Source: a virus
Taxonomy: Duplodnaviria > Caudoviricetes
Direction: 5' to 3' (one strand)
Virus record (IMG/VR): IMGVR_UViG_3300006639_000017
Span: 1-32,456 of that record
DNA length: 32,456 bases
In this document: positions 1 to 8,374 of the stretch, in pieces
Position numbering within the stretch: position 1 is the stretch's first letter
Layout: the number at the start of each line of letters is the position of its first letter
Translations under genes and position numbers: made by a program
The notes under the pieces: generated by a model
The model's input: the letters and a program-made list of their open reading frames with translations, nothing else
Database searches by the model: none
What the model was told of the DNA's origin: nothing

Positions 1-136
1 GTAGTAGGGTAGTGGGTAAGTGGACTCTTTAAGCCTCTTAATGTCTGGCTATATAAAGTACCGCAAAAAAGGATACACTTGTGCCCGACTACCCAACAAC
101 TACGCTACCATGCGCATCTCCAGCGACCCACTATGC

Positions 137-168
137 GTCCAAAGGTGCTGAAACACCGGACTTTTTTT
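137..168 (+). terminator. Possible intrinsic terminator upstream of first gene
   Basis: GTCC-aaa-GGTG-ctgaaa-CACC-GGAC bulged stem followed directly by T7 (162-168). Confidence 0.45.
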
Positions 169-224
169 AACAGAGGTGGACTAACTTACAGTCTTTAAAA
201 CCATTACCAAACAGGAGAGTCATC

Positions 225-875
225 ATGAACGAACAAGCATGCTCACGCTGCGGGCAGTTCAAGCCCCGCGAATCCTTCCGAGTGAAGGCAACCCCAGCGC
301 AGAAGAAGCGCTGGAACAAGGACTGGGTAACCTCCAGTGTTTGCGACACGTGTCGCAAACCACCAGCCCCCAAACCCACGCTAGGCCCGGTCGGGCTATT
401 CAAGAAGCTAACCACCGCAGGCTTGCCTGCGCCCATCATCGAGATGCGCGTGGCGCAACGCGCTCACATAAACAAGGAGCGACGCATCGCTGGCCTGCGC
501 AAGACATGGAGGGAGAAGAACAAAGACACGACAGGAACATGCTTGCTCGCGCTCGATAAGGAAGCCACACAGAACAGGAACCGGATCACTTACGCGCTGC
601 GCGTGGGCATGGCTGCACCGATCAACGCAGCACTCATCGCATACAACGAAGTTCTAATTGCGGCACGCGCCGCAATCAAGGAGGACACAAACGCAGGCAG
701 AACACCGCCTACCCCATGGCACAACGCCATCTCAAAGGAGGTAAAACTAGAACTAATAAGGGTATTTCACTCTGCTATGCAGAGCATCGAAGACTCGTAC
801 ATGCGGGGCTACTTAGGCCGCGCTCAACCCTCATGGTGGAGCGAGTTCGTGATGAGTCAAACAAAAGGAGAGTAA
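225..875 (+). CDS. Hypothetical phage protein with N-terminal CxxC...CxxC (putative Zn ribbon)
   Basis: 216-aa ORF, SD AGGAG upstream, CSRC and CDTC motifs. Confidence 0.8.
   Translation: MNEQACSRCGQFKPRESFRVKATPAQKKRWNKDWVTSSVCDTCRKPPAPKPTLGPVGLFKKLTTAGLPAPIIEMRVAQRAHINKERRIAGLRKTWREKNKDTTGTCLLALDKEATQNRNRITYALRVGMAAPINAALIAYNEVLIAARAAIKEDTNAGRTPPTPWHNAISKEVKLELIRVFHSAMQSIEDSYMRGYLGRAQPSWWSEFVMSQTKGE
339..360. promoter_or_regulatory. 22-bp perfect palindrome, copy 1 (putative operator/binding site)
   Basis: GTTTGCGACACGTGTCGCAAAC is its own reverse complement; recurs at 943 and 2988. Confidence 0.6.
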
Positions 876-877
876 AC

Positions 878-1228
878 ATGAAAATCAAGATCAACCCACT
901 GGACGAGATCAAAGGCGAGGAATACTTTTTGTTTCAGAAACTGTTTGCGACACATGTCGCAAACGCTCGCCCCATCAAGACAATCATTCACGTTAACCAA
1001 CACGCTGTTAAGCGTAACGCCAAGACAGGCGGCGATGAGCCTGTCCTCACAGTCAAGACATACAAGAGCAACACCTACGCGCACAGCGTAGCCATCGACG
1101 GCCCGTCGCGTGTCATCTACAGCCCGGACAAACCCCTGTCATGCGGCGCTAAGGTGTGGATCGAGACGCACGCACACGTAACCATTGACCCACACGTAAC
1201 CATTTACACCAAAGGAGAGCAAGCATGA
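878..1228 (+). CDS. Conserved hypothetical phage protein
   Basis: ATG 878 after AAGGAG (start preferred over 716); IHVNQH...VLTVKTYKSN...YSPDKPLSCGAKVWIET is a motif I recognise from phage hypotheticals. Confidence 0.8.
   Translation: MKIKINPLDEIKGEEYFLFQKLFATHVANARPIKTIIHVNQHAVKRNAKTGGDEPVLTVKTYKSNTYAHSVAIDGPSRVIYSPDKPLSCGAKVWIETHAHVTIDPHVTIYTKGEQA
943..964. promoter_or_regulatory. 22-bp palindrome, copy 2
   Basis: GTTTGCGACACATGTCGCAAAC, 1 mismatch to copy 1. Confidence 0.6.
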
Positions 1229-1434
1229 AACTGAATGTGAACGGCTGGTCAATTGTCCCCACTGCCGACGGCAAGGGGCTTTCCCTCAAACCCGACGACG
1301 CTAGCGCCAACCAGTACGAGGTATGCGTAGCCCTGCGCCCCCTGCGCGGCGGCGTGTTGCACTTGGCTATTCACGAGGACGGTGTGGACGCCCCCGTGTT
1401 TGAGATCGACCAAACCCTTACAGAAGGAGAGTAA
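1225..1434 (+). CDS. Hypothetical protein
   Basis: 69 aa, AAGGAG SD, ATGA overlap with upstream stop. Confidence 0.75.
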   Translation: MKLNVNGWSIVPTADGKGLSLKPDDASANQYEVCVALRPLRGGVLHLAIHEDGVDAPVFEIDQTLTEGE

Positions 1435-1436
1435 CC

Positions 1437-1700
1437 ATGAGCGGTGGAAGCATGAACTATGTCTACTCTAGGGTAGAAACCGCAGCGAGCGACATTCGCT
1501 GCAACGAGCACAAGACTGTGCTCCGCTTGAAGTTCGCGGAGTTGCTGGACGTTGTTGCCCAAGCGCTGCACGACATCGAGTGGGTTGACTCATCCGACTA
1601 CGGACCCGGCGACGAGAACGAAGCCATCCGGCGTGTGTATGAGATCGCAAAGCAGACCGAGATCACTCTCGGTGATGAAACTGTTATCGAAGGAGAATAA
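1437..1700 (+). CDS. Hypothetical phage protein
   Basis: 87 aa, AAGGAG SD, tightly packed with neighbours. Confidence 0.8.
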   Translation: MSGGSMNYVYSRVETAASDIRCNEHKTVLRLKFAELLDVVAQALHDIEWVDSSDYGPGDENEAIRRVYEIAKQTEITLGDETVIEGE

Positions 1701-1702
1701 AA

Positions 1703-1918
1703 ATGCACGAACACTATCTGCAAGAAGTGGGCACCCGTGACCCACGTACAAATACCGTACGGTTCAGCCGCACATACGTGCCGGCGCATGCGACCGATAT
1801 CCGCATCACATTCGCCAGAGTCAAAGCGCAGAAGCAACTCGATGCGCTGCGTATGGCGTTGCAGATCGAAGAGTGGATGAAAGAAGAATCCTGCGTAGCA
1901 GGACTGAAGTCAGAGTAA
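1703..1918 (+). CDS. Hypothetical protein
   Basis: 71 aa, AAGGAG SD. Confidence 0.7.
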   Translation: MHEHYLQEVGTRDPRTNTVRFSRTYVPAHATDIRITFARVKAQKQLDALRMALQIEEWMKEESCVAGLKSE

Positions 1919-1947
1919 CAACTAACAAACAACCAAGGAGAATCACC

Positions 1948-2949
1948 ATGTCATTCGGCAACAGAGCAGATAAGTGCAAGACCATCCGCAACTACAGCCA
2001 AGCGCTCATGTTCTTCACGCGCTACCCCAAGCCGCGCTCATCCAAGTGGTCAGACAACGAGCGCCCCATCTACATTGACGGCGGCAAGCCCAGCACACGC
2101 ATGTATCAGTACAGAATGGCTGCTGGCCCCACCGACACAACCACCAGTACCCCAGCGTACTTCGACCTCGTTCTGCACAGCACAAGCGTCATCCGTTACA
2201 TGGCCCCGACCGAGGACAACAAGCGTGTCGTCTACCTTACGTATGGTGGGTGGACTAGCACGCTCACACGCGCATTCATGTGGCAGCACGGCTGGCACTG
2301 CGGACAGGAGTTCAACACGACGGACGGCACACGCGTAGCTGTGCCACTGAACTACTGCGCTAAGAGTGAGCACTGGTGGCTAGCCAAGCTGACGTTCAAC
2401 GAGGACGACAGGCTCATCGTGCCCGAGAGCGATCACATGATCGTGTACAAAAGGAAGTCCTCTACAGAAGACAAGTCGGTGCGCGCAGACATGCGCCGTA
2501 AGATGGACCTCATGCACGACATGCTGTGGTTCAGTATCGAGGGCATGCTGGAGGCACTGGTGGACGGGATAGCCAAGCAGTCGATGAGTCCCTACTGGCT
2601 CAAGCGTGAGTTCGGTCCGTTCACTACTGCGCTGGACAAGCTGTCTCGTGAGAACAGCGAGCAGATCATTAACTCCAAGTCCGAGTTCCTGCACGCCGAC
2701 GTTGACTTCACGCCCGATACCATCGAGGCAATGCGCGCTCTATATATGTGCGCCTTCCGGCATCTGTATGGCAAGAACTTGGCGGACGGTACGGAGACAC
2801 TACCCACGCAAGACGCGGTGAAGCGGTCAGTCACCACCTACCTGATGTCGATGTTCCGCATCAAGGACGGCAAGGAGTTCGTGCCGCTGCCCAAGTTCAT
2901 GCTGGTCGAGGACTACCCGGCACGCTCACACTTCCTGCGCCCACGCTGA
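1948..2949 (+). CDS. Hypothetical phage protein (~333 aa)
   Basis: ATG 1948 follows AAGGAG; long open frame. Confidence 0.8.
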   Translation: MSFGNRADKCKTIRNYSQALMFFTRYPKPRSSKWSDNERPIYIDGGKPSTRMYQYRMAAGPTDTTTSTPAYFDLVLHSTSVIRYMAPTEDNKRVVYLTYGGWTSTLTRAFMWQHGWHCGQEFNTTDGTRVAVPLNYCAKSEHWWLAKLTFNEDDRLIVPESDHMIVYKRKSSTEDKSVRADMRRKMDLMHDMLWFSIEGMLEALVDGIAKQSMSPYWLKREFGPFTTALDKLSRENSEQIINSKSEFLHADVDFTPDTIEAMRALYMCAFRHLYGKNLADGTETLPTQDAVKRSVTTYLMSMFRIKDGKEFVPLPKFMLVEDYPARSHFLRPR

Positions 2950-2956
2950 TCGCTCG

Positions 2957-2988
2957 TTTCACTTATTTCACTTATTTCACTTATTTCA
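2957..2988. repeat. Tandem 9-bp repeat (TTTCACTTA)x3.5
   Basis: Directly visible in the intergenic region. Confidence 0.85.
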
Positions 2989-3009
2989 TTTGCTACACGT
3001 GTCGCAAAC
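2988..3009. promoter_or_regulatory. 22-bp palindrome, copy 3 (intergenic)
   Basis: ATTTGCTACACGTGTCGCAAAC, 2 mismatches to copy 1, 30 bp upstream of a -35 box. Confidence 0.55.
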
Positions 3010-3039
3010 ACGTTTGCAGTACCCCATGAGGGTCGGGGA

Positions 3040-3068
3040 TTGACCCTCACAACCATTGCAGCTACTAT
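3040..3068 (+). promoter_or_regulatory. Sigma70-like promoter for the AAA/vWA operon
   Basis: TTGACC (3040-3045), 17 bp spacer, TACTAT (3063-3068). Confidence 0.7.
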
Positions 3069-3108
3069 ATGGCTGTAGTATTTGAAATCAAAACAAGGAG
3101 TAACACAC

Positions 3109-4242
3109 ATGATCGCTTACACCAACTTCCTGTCGCACGCCGAAGTCGCCGCCTCTATCGTCGCAGACGGGCACGTTCTCACCACTCACATCTTGGGTGA
3201 GACGGGCATCGGCAAGACGGCTGTCGGCAAGCTGGTAGCCAAGGCGCTGCCCACCCACAGATTCAGCATCATCGACGCAACTCAGGTGTCGGACGGCAGC
3301 ATCACGCTGCCTGTGCTCGATGTTGAGCGTGGTATCTCAGATGAGTTACCAAATGTGCGGTTCGGTGTCAGCCGCACCAGTCAGCGTGGTGTCGATGGTA
3401 GCCAGCCCATCATCGTGTTCATTGACGAGTACAACAAGGCGTCCAAGTACGCCAAGAATGCACTGGCTCCGGTGATCTACGAGCGCAGGCTGGGTCACTT
3501 CTACCTGCCCGACAGTAGTGTCGTCATCCTTGCATCCAACCTTGGCGTAGAGGGCTACGGCGATACGTCGCAGATGTTCCTCAAGACTCGGGAAGCCACG
3601 CTGTACATGCGCAAGCCCACGTGCGAGGAGTTGGTGGCGCACGCCACTGAGCAGGGCTGGGAGGCAGAGGTGATCGGGTTCATTCATGAGCATCCGCAAG
3701 TGTGCGACTCATTCATGGACTACTCCAAGGAGTACGGCGGCAAGTACGCGGGTCGGGATCAGACCAAGGAGAATCAGATGATCCTCAATCCGTACGTGGA
3801 GCAAGACAAGATCACCTCACCGCGTACCCTTGAGTTCTCATCGCACGTGATGCGCGGGGCCAAGGCGCACAAGTTATCGCTCAATGTAGTGCGTGCCAAG
3901 CTGATCGGTACAGTTGGCGAAGCGTGCGCGCTGCTCATGATGGCGTACTTCCAGTCAGGCCAAGAGGCTGAGACTTTCGAGAACGTAGTCGCTGATCCCA
4001 TGGGCGCGCGTCTGAGTAACAACCCCACGGTGCAGTTGATCCAGTTGTTCAAGTTCCTCACACGTGTCTCTGATCGCACTGAGGCGCAGGCAGTGACCAA
4101 GTACATGTCTCGCTGCCGTGAGGAGATGCAGATCCTGTTCTGCAAGCGCGTGTCTAACACAGCCACGCTGATGTCGCTGTTCGTTACCGTCGCTGAGTTC
4201 GGTGCGATGCTGCGCAATAACCGTGACCTGTTCAAGCTGTAA
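3109..4242 (+). CDS. AAA+ ATPase (MoxR/dynein-related type)
   Basis: Walker A GETGIGKT, Walker B IVFIDE, sensor ILASN, SPRT motif; ATG 3109 after AAGGAG. Confidence 0.88.
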   Translation: MIAYTNFLSHAEVAASIVADGHVLTTHILGETGIGKTAVGKLVAKALPTHRFSIIDATQVSDGSITLPVLDVERGISDELPNVRFGVSRTSQRGVDGSQPIIVFIDEYNKASKYAKNALAPVIYERRLGHFYLPDSSVVILASNLGVEGYGDTSQMFLKTREATLYMRKPTCEELVAHATEQGWEAEVIGFIHEHPQVCDSFMDYSKEYGGKYAGRDQTKENQMILNPYVEQDKITSPRTLEFSSHVMRGAKAHKLSLNVVRAKLIGTVGEACALLMMAYFQSGQEAETFENVVADPMGARLSNNPTVQLIQLFKFLTRVSDRTEAQAVTKYMSRCREEMQILFCKRVSNTATLMSLFVTVAEFGAMLRNNRDLFKL

Positions 4243-4269
4243 ACCAACTACTAACAAGGAGTAACACAC

Positions 4270-5568
4270 ATGACTCTCACTACGCATTGGGATCGTCTGA
4301 CGCCTGAGCAGCGCGTCGCTGCGGCTGGCGTGGACTGCATGGGTAGCCCTATGTTTTCGTTCCTCACGGGCTTCTACGTGATGGGCACCGTGTCATTCGA
4401 TGACAAGTGGCAGACCGCTGCCACTAACGGACGCGACGAGTTCTACTCTCCCGAGTTTGTTGCCAAGCAGAACCGCAAGCAGATGCGCTACCTGCGCACC
4501 CACGAGGTGATGCACAAGGCGCTCAAGCACTGCTCGGACTACAAGGAGATCAACAGCAAGTATCCGCTACTGTCCAACATCGCGCAGGATCATGTCATCA
4601 ACCTCATGATTGAGTCGCTAGACCCGACGTTCAGTTTCGTTGAGCGTCCTGCTGGTGTGTCTATCTGTTGCGATGCGCAGTACACCGACATGAGTTGGCT
4701 CGATGTGCTGCGCCTGCTGATTAAAGATCAGCCACCACCGGATAGCCCCAAGCCCAAGAAAGATGGTAGCGGTGGTAAGGCTAGTGCACCGCAGGATGGT
4801 GCGCAGCCGGGGCGTGGTGCGGATGAGCCGCATGATGGTGTGGGTGAGCCGGGTATGCCGCTCGATACGCATCTGCCCCTGCCCGACGATGTTGACGCTG
4901 ACAAGCACAACGAGCAGGTCGATGTCATGGTGCGTCAAGGCAAGTTCATCGCTGACAAGCTGGCTGGTCGCAAGGGTAGCGGTGGCCCGCTTGATGCGCT
5001 TGCACAGACACGTAGCACTGACTGGGCTAGCGCCATGCGTGAGTTCATCGACACGGTGTGCGAGGGCGACGAGTATTCCACGTTCAGCCCGCCCAACAAG
5101 CGCCTGCAGCACCTCAACAACATCGTGCTGCCGTCTAGGTTCGATGAGCGTGCGGGTGAGCTAATCATTAACTGCGATACGTCAGGGTCTATGGGTAGCG
5201 TATATCCCACAGTGTTCGGTGAGATCGCGCGCATCGTGCAGGTTGCCAACCCCGAGGCAGTGCGCGTTATCTGGTGGGACACACGTGTGGCAGGCGAGCA
5301 GTTATTCACGCCTGCTCAGTACGCCAACATCGCCAAGCTGTTCAAGCCCAAGGGTGGCGGTGGTACCTCACCCGGTGCAGTGGTCGAGTACGTACGTGCT
5401 AAGAAGTACAAGCCTGTCGCTGCGATATGGCTCACTGATGGCTACCTCGATGGCTCCGAGGGGCAAGCGCGTGGACTCGACATCCCTCAGTTGTGGGGTG
5501 TCGTTGATAACACATCGTTTCGCGCACCTGTCGGCAAGGTTGTGCGTATCAACAGCATGACCCTGTGA
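4270..5568 (+). CDS. HExxH metallopeptidase-like + vWA domain protein (DUF2201-like)
   Basis: TAATNG, HEVMH, MIDAS DTSGSM, GGGGT and LTDGY motifs; follows the AAA ATPase. Confidence 0.88.
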   Translation: MTLTTHWDRLTPEQRVAAAGVDCMGSPMFSFLTGFYVMGTVSFDDKWQTAATNGRDEFYSPEFVAKQNRKQMRYLRTHEVMHKALKHCSDYKEINSKYPLLSNIAQDHVINLMIESLDPTFSFVERPAGVSICCDAQYTDMSWLDVLRLLIKDQPPPDSPKPKKDGSGGKASAPQDGAQPGRGADEPHDGVGEPGMPLDTHLPLPDDVDADKHNEQVDVMVRQGKFIADKLAGRKGSGGPLDALAQTRSTDWASAMREFIDTVCEGDEYSTFSPPNKRLQHLNNIVLPSRFDERAGELIINCDTSGSMGSVYPTVFGEIARIVQVANPEAVRVIWWDTRVAGEQLFTPAQYANIAKLFKPKGGGGTSPGAVVEYVRAKKYKPVAAIWLTDGYLDGSEGQARGLDIPQLWGVVDNTSFRAPVGKVVRINSMTL

Positions 5569-5834
5569 ACACTGCACCGACAGTAACTATCTGTATCCCG
5601 GAGGGGTGCGACTACGTAACACATGCACAGGTTGAGAAAGCCAATGTGCAGGTGAAGCCTACTCGATACCCCGTGCCGGGTAATAACTACTACGTTACGT
5701 TAACCATGGCATACCGGCGTGACTACCCAGCGGAGAACACGCTTGCGTACGCATTCACTGACACTAAGGAGGAAGCTGACATGATCGCGTCCAGTATTAA
5801 AGACCTGATCTACCTGCGCCTGAAGGTGCGCTGA
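5565..5834 (+). CDS. Hypothetical protein
   Basis: 89 aa, GTGA overlap with upstream stop. Confidence 0.6.
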   Translation: MNTAPTVTICIPEGCDYVTHAQVEKANVQVKPTRYPVPGNNYYVTLTMAYRRDYPAENTLAYAFTDTKEEADMIASSIKDLIYLRLKVR

Positions 5835-6103
5835 TGAGCATCAACATCACAGGCATCGCCTACATACCTGCGTACAACACTGGCGTCTACCGCACAGAGG
5901 CGAAAGAAGTAGGATCGACAGACCTGTACTCAGTCAGCGTGTATTCCGCGTGTGACATACACACGGCAGGCATACCAGAGATGCTGATCGCGTGGGGTTT
6001 TGCGTCCAAAGAAGCAGAGATATCACCACTCATCGAAACAATTGTCGCTGCTTGCGAACTTATTCATATCACCAACAAGGAGAGTCAACATGCAAACGTC
6101 TAA
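5834..6103 (+). CDS. Hypothetical protein
   Basis: 89 aa, TGATG coupling to upstream ORF. Confidence 0.6.
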   Translation: MSINITGIAYIPAYNTGVYRTEAKEVGSTDLYSVSVYSACDIHTAGIPEMLIAWGFASKEAEISPLIETIVAACELIHITNKESQHANV

Positions 6104-6986
6104 CACTATCGTTCCCCGTTACAACGTCGATACCTGCGCCACCATCGTTGAGTTCAACGTCTCGGAGTGGACTGCCCGCAAGCTGGACCGTGGCGTGTCC
6201 GAGGAGATCGTCGCTGCTAAGAGTGCGCAGTCCAAGGACTCAGCACGTGTTAATAAGAACCTCATGGCTGGCCGCTGTGAGTTGGATAACATTCACAAGT
6301 TCGTTGCTGCGACCCGTGTGTACGTCTACGGTGCGACGCTGCCTTGGTCTGACAACGGCCAGCGCCTGCTGCCCGCTGCGCAGTTCGCTGCCTTCGATGA
6401 CGCTATGAAAAAGCGCGAAGAGCAATTCGTCAGCATGGTGTCTGAGTTCATTACGCTGTATCCGTCGCTCATTACCGGACAGGCGCTTGTGCTGGCTGGG
6501 ATGTTCGACCGCAACGACTACCCGTCTCCGTCTGCTATCGCTAGTAAGTTTTCATGGACGCTGGACTACAGCCCTGTGCCTGCTACGGGTCACTTCATCA
6601 TCGACGTAGGCAACGCAGCGCAGGCTGAGCTTCAGCGCAAGCTGGCAGAGCGATCTGACAAACGCGTTGAGCAAGCCATCGAGTCGCTGTTCGGTAGCGT
6701 CAAGGATCACCTTGAGCGTATGGCTAAGCAGTTAACAGTAGAGGTCGGGCCTGATGGCAAGGAGCGTAAAGGCAAGCTTTACGACTCGCTTCTCGACAGC
6801 GGCATCGAGATTTGCGATAGGATTAAGGCCCTTAACATTATCAACGACCCGAAGCTGGAGTCGATGCGCCACGATATGCTGGGCTTGCTCAACACCGTGG
6901 ACATGGACGATCTGCGCAAAGCAGAAGGAGCGCGGCAAGAAGTTAAAGCTAAGGTTAATGATCTGCTTGACAAGTTTTCCTTTTAA
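6090..6986 (+). CDS. Conserved phage protein, DUF3150-like
   Basis: ATG 6090 after AAGGAG; TLPWSDNGQRLLP and FDRNDYP motifs; typical neighbour of AAA+vWA pairs (family call from memory). Confidence 0.7.
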   Translation: MQTSNTIVPRYNVDTCATIVEFNVSEWTARKLDRGVSEEIVAAKSAQSKDSARVNKNLMAGRCELDNIHKFVAATRVYVYGATLPWSDNGQRLLPAAQFAAFDDAMKKREEQFVSMVSEFITLYPSLITGQALVLAGMFDRNDYPSPSAIASKFSWTLDYSPVPATGHFIIDVGNAAQAELQRKLAERSDKRVEQAIESLFGSVKDHLERMAKQLTVEVGPDGKERKGKLYDSLLDSGIEICDRIKALNIINDPKLESMRHDMLGLLNTVDMDDLRKAEGARQEVKAKVNDLLDKFSF

Positions 6987-6998
6987 GGACTAAAGCAA

Positions 6999-7334
6999 GT
7001 GGGCTTTCGCACACCACTGGAACTCAAGAAGTTCCAAGAAACACACGGCACCAACGACGTAGTAGATAACATGCTGACGCTGTTGGCTGATGGGTATGAG
7101 CGCCCCACTCTGCGCTTCATTAGCGAGTGCATGACAGCCAACGTCGCATCGCCCGGTACTGCGCACAAGTATCTGCAGGAGTTGCGCAGTAAAGGGTATG
7201 TGAATGAGATAACGACCAAGGATGCGCGTATGCGCTTGGTGTCTTTGTCTCCTGCTGGTCGCGCATACCTGAACGCTTGGATTAACGGGGCTACTAACGA
7301 TGTAGGAGACGCCGATGATGACGCCAGAGAGTAA
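6999..7334 (+). CDS. Winged-helix (MarR-like) DNA-binding protein
   Basis: SPGTAHKYLQELRSKGYV...DARMRLVSLSPAG pattern. Confidence 0.7.
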   Translation: MGFRTPLELKKFQETHGTNDVVDNMLTLLADGYERPTLRFISECMTANVASPGTAHKYLQELRSKGYVNEITTKDARMRLVSLSPAGRAYLNAWINGATNDVGDADDDARE

Positions 7335-7608
7335 AGTTAAAAAGAAGGTGACTGATCTGCTGAAGTCACTCGGTGCGTATTACTTCTACCCAGTAACAGG
7401 AGGGTTCGGGCGCAGCGGTGTGCCCGATATTGTCTGCTGCCTGCGTGGGAACTTCATAGGCATCGAGTGCAAGGCTGGCACTAACAAACCCACACCACTG
7501 CAAAGCAAGAACCTTGAGGATATTCAGGCAGCGGGTGGGTTCGCATTCATCGTCAACGAGGACAACATCGACGCTCTTGAGCGTTTACTGAAGGTGATGA
7601 GTGAGTAG
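7315..7608 (+). CDS. VRR-NUC domain nuclease (Holliday junction resolvase-like)
   Basis: PESKVK, GVPDIV, IECKAG, TPLQ: PD-(D/E)XK VRR-NUC motifs. Confidence 0.88.
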   Translation: MMTPESKVKKKVTDLLKSLGAYYFYPVTGGFGRSGVPDIVCCLRGNFIGIECKAGTNKPTPLQSKNLEDIQAAGGFAFIVNEDNIDALERLLKVMSE

Positions 7609-7831
7609 CGACGGTGATGAGAAACTATTCCGCAAAATGTTGGAGCGGTACTTAGCCGGTGAGTTTGAACTTAGCGGCGTTGTAGTTCTTGTAAACGAAG
7701 AAGAGCAGCGGATAGAGATGCTTACGCTCAACGCATCGAGTTCGCAAGCGTTCATTCTCATGTTGCACGGACTTCAGACGCTACACGACAAAGCCTTGAG
7801 CACGACTAAATTCAACAAGACGGTTCATTGA
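7601..7831 (+). CDS. Hypothetical protein
   Basis: 76 aa, overlaps neighbouring genes in operon fashion. Confidence 0.65.
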   Translation: MSSDGDEKLFRKMLERYLAGEFELSGVVVLVNEEEQRIEMLTLNASSSQAFILMLHGLQTLHDKALSTTKFNKTVH

Positions 7832-7983
7832 TGCTTAACTCAAAGGTGTACAAGCAGTGCAGTAAGAAGTGCGGCAAGTGTCCATCGTGCAAGGCGTTCG
7901 CTAAGGTGCTGCGCGAGATTGATCTGACGAAGGTTAGCAAGCATGAGATCGAAACAAAAAACAGGAGGTTAATGAATGACTAA
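7831..7983 (+). CDS. Small Cys-rich protein (50 aa, absent from ORF track)
   Basis: MLNSKVYKQCSKKCGKCPSCKAFAKVLREIDLTKVSKHEIETKNRRLMND; TGATG coupling, fills the gap exactly. Confidence 0.6.
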   Translation: MLNSKVYKQCSKKCGKCPSCKAFAKVLREIDLTKVSKHEIETKNRRLMND

Positions 7984-8374
7984 AAAATTTATAGCCATGA
8001 TATTAGTGCTCGTAGTGTGGGCTGCAATTTTTATCGCAGTAATCTTTGCTTTGTTTTTTACGTCGAAAGTTTTAGCCGCGCCCCCACCCACTAACCCAGT
8101 GCTCGCGTCGCACTACGGAGTGGGCGATGGGTTTCACGGCAGACGTACTGCTAGTGGTGAGGTGTTTAACGCTCATGCGCTTACCGCTGCGCACAAGACG
8201 CTGCGCTTCGGCACCCAGCTACGCGTGACCAATGTTCGTACTGGCAAGAGCGTAGTGGTACGCATCAATGACCGTGGCCCTTATACACATGGCAGAGGGC
8301 TTGATCTGTCATACGCTGCGGCCCGAGCAATCGGCCTGCGTGGTGTCGGCTACGTTGTGGTGGAGAAAGTATGA
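7976..8374 (+). CDS. rlpA: RlpA-like lytic transglycosylase (DPBB domain) with N-terminal TM/signal
   Basis: ASHYG..FHGRRTASGE.FN...LTAAHKTL.FGT.LRVTN...VVVRINDRGPY..GR.LDLS; hydrophobic N-terminus; AGGAGG SD. Confidence 0.9.
   Translation: MTKKFIAMILVLVVWAAIFIAVIFALFFTSKVLAAPPPTNPVLASHYGVGDGFHGRRTASGEVFNAHALTAAHKTLRFGTQLRVTNVRTGKSVVVRINDRGPYTHGRGLDLSYAAARAIGLRGVGYVVVEKV

Noticed and set aside
716-877. Upstream extensions of ORFs (starts at 716, 1873, 3082, 6000, 10753, 14474)
   Set aside because: They run into the preceding gene or intergenic leader; downstream starts, most with a clear SD, fit better.
2910-2921. 12-nt match (GGACTACCCGGC) to concatenated NN of tract 2
   Set aside because: A 12-mer match is expected by chance given ~100 query positions and 65 kb of searchable sequence.
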